Of a stretch of 64,000 nucleotides of DNA, positions 58,161 through 64,000 are shown piece by piece (position 1 is the first letter of the stretch; each line of letters starts with the position of its first letter). The notes under the pieces are model-generated. The model had not been told where the DNA came from, did not search any database, and was given only the letters and a program-made list of their open reading frames with translations. The DNA comes from a virus (taxonomy: Duplodnaviria; Caudoviricetes), in the IMG/VR virus record IMGVR_UViG_3300025128_000026, positions 1,215 through 65,214 of that record, one strand, 5' to 3'. The position numbers and the translations under genes were made by a program.

Positions 58161-58183
58161 CGATTTTTCGACGTAACAATTGT

Positions 58184-58426
58184 TTACGCTTTTTTCTTAA
58201 CTGAACCCATTCTCCAACTCTCAGAAGCAATATCAATCACCAATCTATGTGATTCTCTTGCACCAATTATATTATTTTCAAATAGAGTAATTGAATGAAT
58301 ATCAAAGTGACCATCCGGAGAATGAAACTCTCCCCTTGGTAGTCTAACCTGTACCCTAGCATTTTGACATGTGGGTGACTTTAAAAAATTGTCCAGCTGT
58401 TTAGCTAGTTCTTTCGCATTTATCAT
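58184..58426 (-). CDS. Hypothetical protein
   Basis: ORF transcribed from the divergent promoter at 58431-58463. Confidence 0.65.
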   Translation of the reverse strand: MINAKELAKQLDNFLKSPTCQNARVQVRLPRGEFHSPDGHFDIHSITLFENNIIGARESHRLVIDIASESWRMGSVKKKA

Positions 58427-58430
58427 GTGG

Positions 58431-58463
58431 TTGACTATTACGTTATGTTACGTTAAAAGTCAA
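58431..58463. promoter_or_regulatory. Overlapping divergent promoters
   Basis: TTGACT...AGTCAA spanning 33 bp, the same geometry as 15772-15804. Confidence 0.6.
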
Positions 58464-58466
58464 GCT

Positions 58467-59018
58467 ATGGGAGTGCCTAAAAGATTGACCGAAATGCAGC
58501 TAAAGTTTGCCAACTTGTTGGTGACTAATGAAGGACGTATGCATGCGTATGAGTGTGCTATCGAAGCTGGCTATGAAAAAGACAGAGCTAGAATCACAGC
58601 ATCAGAATTACAAAACCCTCAGAAGTTTCCATTAGTTGTAAAGTATATAGGTGAGCTTAGAGAAGAGAACCAACAGAAGTATAAGATCGATATAGAAAGC
58701 CATCTTACTGAGCTTGGTAGACTACGAGATGAAGCAAGAAAGTCTAAGGCCTGGTCTGCAGCTACAAATGCAGAAGTGGCACGTGGTAAAGCTGGAGCTC
58801 TGTACGTAGAACAAAAAATGATATTAACTGGTGACATCAAGAAAGCCAGCATAGAAGATATGCGTAAAGAGTTTGCAACTATCATGAAAGAGTATTCACC
58901 TTTGATAGACAGCGAGACTCAAGAGAATATAGATGAAAAAATTATTCCTAGAGTTAAGAAAGTTTCGTCATCTTCTTTACCCATTGACGAGGAATCATCG
59001 TCCGATCTCCAAAAGTAA
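58467..59018 (+). CDS. terS: Terminase small subunit
   Basis: LTEMQ.KF.......CAIEAGY.......ASEL HTH; AEVARGKAGALY. Confidence 0.8.
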   Translation: MGVPKRLTEMQLKFANLLVTNEGRMHAYECAIEAGYEKDRARITASELQNPQKFPLVVKYIGELREENQQKYKIDIESHLTELGRLRDEARKSKAWSAATNAEVARGKAGALYVEQKMILTGDIKKASIEDMRKEFATIMKEYSPLIDSETQENIDEKIIPRVKKVSSSSLPIDEESSSDLQK

Positions 59019-59244
59019 TTCCGTCTTCATCCTTATCATACGAAGCAAATATTTTGATATGGTTTTTTGTTTTTTCATATAGCCAACCTTCATTTACAGG
59101 GTTAGCTAATTTCATTTTATCAAACTCCTTATCATTAGCCCAGGCAGAATCAGATACACAATCAACCCACTCTACTCTGTATTTGTGATATGGAATATCA
59201 TTATTGATTTTATCAATTGTATTTAGTTTTCTCTTCTTGGGCAT
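58954..59244 (-). CDS. Conserved small phage protein
   Basis: VEWVD..SDSAW...GWLY...IP..WV. Confidence 0.7.
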   Translation of the reverse strand: MPKKRKLNTIDKINNDIPYHKYRVEWVDCVSDSAWANDKEFDKMKLANPVNEGWLYEKTKNHIKIFASYDKDEDGITFGDRTMIPRQWVKKMTKLS

Positions 59245-59497
59245 AGCTCTCTATAACATCAGGCCTATAGGTTTTCCAGAATTTTAAATGCAAAAATGGA
59301 ATCCAAAGTACTCGCGCGGCCCCTGTCTTCAAAAAACGTTGGTATTCCTTGCTGATCACCAAAGTGCCAGATCACCTCTCTTTTTCTAAAGGGTTTTGTC
59401 AAATTTAATAATTTCAAAAAACCTATAGGTGGTGATGAACCGCATAAAACCTCACTTTTTAATTGTGGCAATGCTGCCTTATTTATATAGTTTAGAA

Positions 59498-60181
59498 TCA
59501 TTCTAAATTAGAATAGTATTTATCAACTCGCTCTAGGAATTTATGTTGATATTTGATAAACTCTTTGCCTTTTATTTGAAATTTTTGGAAATAATTGTCT
59601 GGTGTACACATCAATACCACACCCTGAGTGATCTCAGTATTGTAGACCTGGTTATGGGCCATAGCATATGCCCCTAGCTGCATGAAATAATCTTCTATCC
59701 ACTCCTTACGTTTAGGCTTGTTCGATTGCTTAAAGTCAATAATCGAATCTTCGTAGTCGTAGACACCCACTAGATCCGTGGCACCTGCATACAGTCCCGG
59801 GTAATATAGGGTAACTTCACTGCCCCATATCTCTGACAAATCAACTAAGCCTTTGTCAATTATCACTTGAGCCATGTCGCCTGCCACCTGACCCTCGTCG
59901 GTTAGATCCTTGTGTCCTTCTCCCAGGATATACTTCTCCAGGTGATAGTGCATGTTGGTACCCCTGCTTGCCGCTTGATCCTTGACTCTTGTTGCCTGGT
60001 CCTCGCCTACCCGCGCCTTCCATCTATTAATCGAGTCTATCGCCTCCTGAGATTTAGTCGCTGACAGAATAGTTGTTACACTAGGTAACTTCTTACCAGT
60101 TATCTCGTAATGTCTTTTACCCTCTATCGACGTTCGCATCGACGCTGGGTATTCGTATAATTTATTCCACTTAAAACTCAA
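59498..60181 (-). CDS. PD-(D/E)XK exonuclease (Cas4/MGME1-like)
   Basis: LPSVTTIL, RGT.MH, YAGATD, IIDFKQ, QL.AYA. Confidence 0.9.
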   Translation of the reverse strand: MSFKWNKLYEYPASMRTSIEGKRHYEITGKKLPSVTTILSATKSQEAIDSINRWKARVGEDQATRVKDQAASRGTNMHYHLEKYILGEGHKDLTDEGQVAGDMAQVIIDKGLVDLSEIWGSEVTLYYPGLYAGATDLVGVYDYEDSIIDFKQSNKPKRKEWIEDYFMQLGAYAMAHNQVYNTEITQGVVLMCTPDNYFQKFQIKGKEFIKYQHKFLERVDKYYSNLE

Positions 60182-60476
60182 TTCCTATTACCAATCCTTT
60201 CTTCCCACCTTTTTCAATTGCAGGTGCAATAAATAATTTATCTTTTTTATATCGTAACATCGGTACAACATTCGCGTATCCATAACCTGTAACCAGTCCT
60301 AATTCAAATCCATTATGTTCTAGTCCAACATAAGCAGATATATTATCTTCACTATTATAATAAATACCTGATATCACAGCATCTTTTTGGCACCGTGCGT
60401 GTGGATGTATCGAGTTATAATTACCCTCTAACCCTACATGCATAGACAAAGCTAACATTAAACTAAGACAACTCAT
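60171..60476 (-). CDS. Small exported beta-strand protein, possibly outer membrane
   Basis: Signal-like N-terminus; GIYYNSE, ELGLVTGY; C-terminal Phe (IGIEF). Confidence 0.65.
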   Translation of the reverse strand: MSCLSLMLALSMHVGLEGNYNSIHPHARCQKDAVISGIYYNSEDNISAYVGLEHNGFELGLVTGYGYANVVPMLRYKKDKLFIAPAIEKGGKKGLVIGIEF

Positions 60477-60934
60477 TCTAAACTCATCGCTTGTTTGTAT
60501 TCATCTAAACTTACAACATTACCATTCATAATTTTTTCTTTAGAATAATGTTCAATAACCTGTTGTATCTTATCTAATTTTACATGAGCAAATGGCCACA
60601 AGATAAGACATACTTGGTAGCAATCTCTAAACGTACATCGCCACTTATATTGTTTTAGATACGGCGTACCATCTTTACGTTTACCTTTTACTCTTTTAGG
60701 CCTGAGTGTACCTACACCCAAGACTTCATGGACCCAAACTAATACAGAATAATCTGTCATGGTTATCTCCATGCTAATACGCATAGAATTAGAGGTCCGG
60801 TATCCATCTCCCTTGTGTTTCTTTTTCTTCTCGATACCACGTTTAAAGTGTATGGACCCCTCACCATCAAAGAGTCCTGCGATATATGCTGCGTCTACTT
60901 CGTTCATTTCTTGCCTTTCTGTTGTGCAATCCAT
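60473..60934 (-). CDS. LAGLIDADG-family protein, copy 2
   Basis: AAYIAGLFDGEG. Confidence 0.8.
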   Translation of the reverse strand: MDCTTERQEMNEVDAAYIAGLFDGEGSIHFKRGIEKKKKHKGDGYRTSNSMRISMEITMTDYSVLVWVHEVLGVGTLRPKRVKGKRKDGTPYLKQYKWRCTFRDCYQVCLILWPFAHVKLDKIQQVIEHYSKEKIMNGNVVSLDEYKQAMSLE

Positions 60935-61110
60935 ATCAACTCTTCTAGTTTTGTTTTGAATCGCGGCACTCGTTTGTTATCTTTCTGTATCACTTTCTTA
61001 CCATCTGTGTGTGCAAACTCTTGGTTGTCCCTTGACGCTCGATCCTCGTCTCTTATCTCTACATCAACAGAGTCTTGGTCAATATCTAGCCAGTGTCTGC
61101 TTTTACGCAT
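60904..61110 (-). CDS. Hypothetical protein (copy 2 only)
   Basis: Coupled ORF with no full counterpart in copy 1. Confidence 0.55.
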   Translation of the reverse strand: MRKSRHWLDIDQDSVDVEIRDEDRASRDNQEFAHTDGKKVIQKDNKRVPRFKTKLEELIWIAQQKGKK

Positions 61111-61288
61111 CGGATGGTTTCAGTATTTTATATCTTTCAAAATACTCGTCATACTCTTTGTCACGTACTTCGCCTTGTGAATTACAGACTACGCATTGTA
61201 TAACGTCATCGATTCGGTTAATGGATTCTTTAACTCTAACGAACCCATTACCAAAACAATTAGGACAGATCTTTTTTTGGTCCGTCAT
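61103..61288 (-). CDS. DnaJ-type zinc-finger protein, copy 2
   Basis: CPNCFGNG...CVVCNSQG. Confidence 0.75.
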   Translation of the reverse strand: MTDQKKICPNCFGNGFVRVKESINRIDDVIQCVVCNSQGEVRDKEYDEYFERYKILKPSDA

Positions 61289-61412
61289 CTTTTTTATTTT
61301 CTGCAGGTTTTAGTGATGCTAACATTGCTATGTGTTGTGCAACTTCACCGTATGGTCTTTGCCACATGTATTGTAATAATTGTTTTCTTTGTTCTTCAGT
61401 TAATGTAAACAT
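61260..61412 (-). CDS. Small hypothetical protein, copy 2
   Basis: Homolog of 2751-2903. Confidence 0.7.
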   Translation of the reverse strand: MFTLTEEQRKQLLQYMWQRPYGEVAQHIAMLASLKPAENKKDDGPKKDLS

Positions 61413-61585
61413 TATTTCTCCTTTAATTTACCATTAAGTTTTTTAGCTTTTTCGTTTGCTATAGATTCTACTGTCTTTGATATGGATAACTTTGCGTCAG
61501 GCAATAATACCTTCGACAACTTCTCCAAAGTAGAGTATGTTTCCTTTGTGAGTGAAACGTTTCTGTATTTGGTTATATCAGTCAT
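61412..61585 (-). CDS. RHH-like small protein, copy 2
   Basis: Homolog of 2903-3076. Confidence 0.65.
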   Translation of the reverse strand: MTDITKYRNVSLTKETYSTLEKLSKVLLPDAKLSISKTVESIANEKAKKLNGKLKEK

Positions 61586-61641
61586 CTGATTTCCTTTCGT
61601 TTATTAATGATGATAATATAGGAGAATAATATTAAAAGTCA

Positions 61642-61860
61642 ATGACAAAATATATATTAATGATGATAATATGCAGCGGAATACCTGGTAATGAATGTAA
61701 ACCTATACCGGTGCCTATGTCTGAATTTGATGAGTACTATAAATGTATTATCTACGGGTATGATTATTCTAGTACAATGTTAAAGTCATTGAATCCAATG
61801 ACCATCAATGAATATGAAATGTTTACTGCTTTCGATTGCAAAGAACAGACTACAACTTAA
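61642..61860 (+). CDS. Small Cys-containing exported protein, copy 2
   Basis: Homolog of 3131-3349. Confidence 0.7.
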   Translation: MTKYILMMIICSGIPGNECKPIPVPMSEFDEYYKCIIYGYDYSSTMLKSLNPMTINEYEMFTAFDCKEQTTT

Positions 61861-61942
61861 TGTGGCTCCCGGTAGGTCTCACCCGGGATTATTCCTAACA
61901 CATGCCGTGCATCGCATCCAAGACCAATGGGCCACAACTTAA
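61861..61942 (-). ncRNA. 82-bp inserted structured element (3-way junction plus pseudoknot) flanked by a 9-bp direct repeat
   Basis: ACAACTTAA at 61852-61860 and 61934-61942; single copy at 3341-3349 in the other allele. Confidence 0.6.
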
Positions 61943-62142
61943 CGACAGATACATCCAAACCACTGACCACCACCCCAGGGACCACTTTTAATTATGTGTT
62001 GGTTTCTATCTTCAAGATAAGTAGTTACTCGTTCTCGAACCATGTCACAAAAATCAAAACAATCAGTCGTTAGATTCTCTGCGATTAGGATCGAATGGTA
62101 GAGTCCGTCCTTTAGAATTATAATATCCATCTCCATAAGCAA
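61939..62142 (-). CDS. Hypothetical protein, diverged copy 2
   Basis: DCFDFCD...GCIC. Confidence 0.7.
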   Translation of the reverse strand: MLMEMDIIILKDGLYHSILIAENLTTDCFDFCDMVRERVTTYLEDRNQHIIKSGPWGGGQWFGCICR

Positions 62143-62239
62143 GTTCTTTTATTAGTTTATACCAAACTTCTCTGTATTTAGGATCTTTTGTTTTGTTGTA
62201 CTCGTTTGCGAGTTTGTCTAGTTGATCTTGTGTAGTCAT
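62063..62239 (-). CDS. Small hypothetical protein, copy 2
   Basis: MTTQDQLDKLANEYNKTKDPKYREVWY. Confidence 0.55.
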   Translation of the reverse strand: MTTQDQLDKLANEYNKTKDPKYREVWYKLIKELAYGDGYYNSKGRTLPFDPNRRESND

Positions 62240-62402
62240 TTACAGTTGTTCCTTTCTCAATTATTTTATTAATTGAATGTGCTTTTAACTTAACATCAAC
62301 ACCGTATGGCCTCCATGCTTTCTTCATTAAGTTTAACTCTAATAAAAATGTAGACCACTGTCCTTGTGATATACCTTCAACGTTTAGTGTAACCGTTTTC
62401 AT
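62178..62402 (-). CDS. Hypothetical protein, copy 2
   Basis: LELNLMKKAW. Confidence 0.7.
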   Translation of the reverse strand: MKTVTLNVEGISQGQWSTFLLELNLMKKAWRPYGVDVKLKAHSINKIIEKGTTVNDYTRSTRQTRKRVQQNKRS

Positions 62403-62566
62403 TTTTTTAACTCCTTCATTCTTTCTGTCATTTTTTGTAATTGATATACACTACAATTTTTTATAAACTCTTCAACTTCTTTTCGCATAAGCTTTTGATC
62501 TTCATAAGCTTTTGCTTTGTTTTCTTGTTGCACCATGTCGATGCCCCATCTTGTTTGATCTACCAT
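62399..62566 (-). CDS. Small hypothetical protein, copy 2
   Basis: MVDQTRWGIDMVQQENKAKA...; AAAGGAG RBS. Confidence 0.7.
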   Translation of the reverse strand: MVDQTRWGIDMVQQENKAKAYEDQKLMRKEVEEFIKNCSVYQLQKMTERMKELKK

Positions 62567-62581
62567 AACTTTCTCCTTTTA

Positions 62582-62785
62582 CTAACTCACTCGGTGGGCC
62601 TTCCTGGTAGTCACCCACAACCTTTCCCGAAGCGTCCCATCTAATTTGTTTAGATAAGTCGGTACTCAGAACCAATTCCCGTGTCTTCAGCCACTCGGCC
62701 GTAACCCTCGGGTCTTGTGCGTTACATCCGCTTAAACGTTGTTCCGCCACAAAGCTTTACAAAGTTGCAACTTTATAAATTGAGT
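62582..62785 (-). ncRNA. Candidate ~200-nt GC-rich structured leader RNA (copy 2 only)
   Basis: Multiple stems with G-U pairs on the minus strand; lies between the promoter TTGACA-N17-TATATA (62794-62822) and the ORF at 62566. Confidence 0.55.
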
Positions 62786-62839
62786 ATGCGTAATATATAG
62801 GATATCTAGGGATATTTGTCAACAATAAAAATAATTTTT

Positions 62840-62974
62840 TTATTGTTTTCTACCCTGTCGATTGTACGGTTTATGATCCCTTTTTTCTGATTTATTGAGG
62901 CTTTTCTTGTGACGCCGAGGACGTTTTCTAGGCTTTGGTCTTGGTGTAAAGTTTACAAATTTACGTTTGGCCAT
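62840..62974 (-). CDS. Very basic 44-aa peptide, copy 2
   Basis: MAKRKFVNFTPRPKPRKRPRRHKK... Confidence 0.7.
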   Translation of the reverse strand: MAKRKFVNFTPRPKPRKRPRRHKKSLNKSEKRDHKPYNRQGRKQ

Positions 62975-63203
62975 CTTTATCTACTTCTTGAACCGTTAGG
63001 TCTATAGGTAAATAACTTATCTTGCCATTTACTTTCTGCTCTATGTCCCCACCACAGTTTAAACATCTGTAGTAGTCTTGCACTACTGATATCAGCAGCG
63101 TATGGTCCCCGCAATGTGGACAAACACCATCCACCATCTTTGCTCTTTTAATTATTTCTGCAAACAATGTACTCTTTTTAGACAAGGTCTTTTGCCTTTC
63201 CAA
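62961..63203 (-). CDS. Zinc-ribbon protein, diverged copy 2
   Basis: CPHC...YRCLNCG. Confidence 0.7.
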   Translation of the reverse strand: MERQKTLSKKSTLFAEIIKRAKMVDGVCPHCGDHTLLISVVQDYYRCLNCGGDIEQKVNGKISYLPIDLTVQEVDKDGQT

Positions 63204-63654
63204 TCACAGGTTTGTATTTTGTTTTACCCTCTGATTTATAGGCATGTAAAAATTGTTTTCTTGGTTGGTCAGTAGTGTAGCTGCAGTGTATCCACCCACT
63301 GTTTGGTTCTCCAGGTGTGTAAAATTCTAATATCAATTGATCAAATTCTAGGTTGTTATAAATCCAGTCAGCCAATTCTGCATTGTCTGTGCCCATGCAT
63401 TCAAAGTCTGCGGCCTCGGCTTTGGCGTGTTGACTATTGATTGAGCTACCAATTTTTATACAAAGTTGTTCACTACGGAACCCGCTCGTCACCTTGACCC
63501 TGCCAAAATGGTCACGTACCGGCTGTAAAATATTCTCACAAAGTAATCTTAACTTTTCTATCTGCCCTGAGTTTGGATTGTTATTGATATCCAAACGGAT
63601 AGCAGTATCTGATTTGATTAACTCTTGAAGAGTAAAGTTACGTGAAAGATTCAT
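63178..63654 (-). CDS. Endolysin, peptidase M15A, copy 2
   Basis: Near-identical protein to 4369-4845. Confidence 0.9.
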   Translation of the reverse strand: MNLSRNFTLQELIKSDTAIRLDINNNPNSGQIEKLRLLCENILQPVRDHFGRVKVTSGFRSEQLCIKIGSSINSQHAKAEAADFECMGTDNAELADWIYNNLEFDQLILEFYTPGEPNSGWIHCSYTTDQPRKQFLHAYKSEGKTKYKPVIGKAKDLV

Positions 63655-63992
63655 TATTGTGCTAATGGATTATCGCTCTTTGCTTTTAGTTCGTCTATTT
63701 GATTTTGTAATATTTGTATTGTTTTTTCGTTTACTAATATTTTAGTATGACCGTGTTCCTCGTGTTTGTGTTCACCAACTTCATGAGTGTGTGATGTATC
63801 TGCATTTTCTAAAGCATTAACTTTTTCTTCTAACACTGCAATCTGTGGAGAAAAATCTATGCCACCACTAGCACCTTCTAATGCATCTAGTTTAGTTACA
63901 ATTTCCCCATACTTTACAAAGCCACCACCAATTGCTGCAATGACACCAAGTAAAGCTGCTACACCGGCTAATTGATTTTTAATCTTATCCAT
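63654..63992 (-). CDS. Membrane coiled-coil protein, copy 2
   Basis: Two amino-acid differences from 4845-5183. Confidence 0.7.
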   Translation of the reverse strand: MDKIKNQLAGVAALLGVIAAIGGGFVKYGEIVTKLDALEGASGGIDFSPQIAVLEEKVNALENADTSHTHEVGEHKHEEHGHTKILVNEKTIQILQNQIDELKAKSDNPLAQ

Positions 63993-64000
63993 TTTGTAAA

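Larger units (their letters stand above)
1..64000. mobile_element. Podovirus-like marine bacteriophage genome, slightly more than one genome length, with diverged terminal redundancy
   Basis: TerL, TerS, portal, MCP, scaffold, tail nozzle, PolA, helicases and endolysin are all present. No host housekeeping genes or integrase. 2.1-5.2 kb recurs at 60.5-64.0 kb. Confidence 0.95.
60473..64000. repeat. Diverged second copy of about 2121-5191
   Basis: Collinear homologous genes; offset 58352 at the LAGLIDADG gene, 58511 at the + strand gene, 58809 at the endolysin. Confidence 0.95.

Noticed and set aside
59265-59501. 78-aa ORF between the exonuclease and the next gene
   Set aside because: Composition is not protein-like and I see no recognisable motif. 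It may be non-coding, so it was not called.
59498-60181. Cas4 spacer-acquisition nuclease for the array
   Set aside because: It lacks the four-Cys Fe-S cluster of Cas4 and matches the common phage PD-(D/E)XK exonuclease type. Nothing links it to the array.
61861-61936. tRNA (tRNA-sized with paired ends)
   Set aside because: No T-loop or D-loop consensus and no cloverleaf on either strand.
62680-62705. tRNA-Ser-like D-arm GGCCGAGTGGCTGAAG, and a hammerhead-like CTGAAGA
   Set aside because: There is no acceptor stem, anticodon arm or TTCGA T-loop, and no correctly placed GAAA with three stems for a hammerhead.
62502-62750. 82-aa ORF from the track
   Set aside because: Weak start without an RBS, overlaps the conserved 55-aa gene, and has atypical GC. 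Better explained as structured RNA.

Overview
The window holds slightly more than one full genome (about 58.4-58.8 kb) of an AT-rich, podovirus-like marine dsDNA phage. The gene set suggests a Pelagibacter/SAR11 phage of the HTVC023P/uvMED type; this is my inference, not a database result. Modules in order: small early/regulatory genes and an M15 endolysin (0-5 kb); membrane/secreted proteins; replication (family A polymerase with Leu762, UvrD-like helicase, AEP-type primase, SNF2 helicase); internal virion proteins; tail nozzle; three 2OG-Fe(II) oxygenases; Gly-rich fibres and a long tail fibre; capsid, scaffold, GroES, holin, portal and TerL. Next comes a probable terminus/early region (54.3-56.9 kb), a Gp88-like Fe-S protein, nucleases and TerS. 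The segment 60.5-64.0 kb is a diverged second copy of 2.1-5.2 kb, so two alleles can be compared directly. I found no integrase, RNA polymerase, tRNA, CRISPR or reverse transcriptase. The top candidate for an undescribed system is a ~500-nt non-coding array (56.2-56.7 kb) of stem-loop modules built on alternating inverted 13-nt repeats (CTGATCCCTGGTC / GACCTGGGATCAG). Its G-U pairs point to a + strand RNA, and it lies directly upstream of the Gp88-like gene. Other notable items are two structured elements found in only one of the two copies, a >702-aa ORF missed by the ORF track, and a recurring GGRV/GGRI motif in virion cargo proteins.
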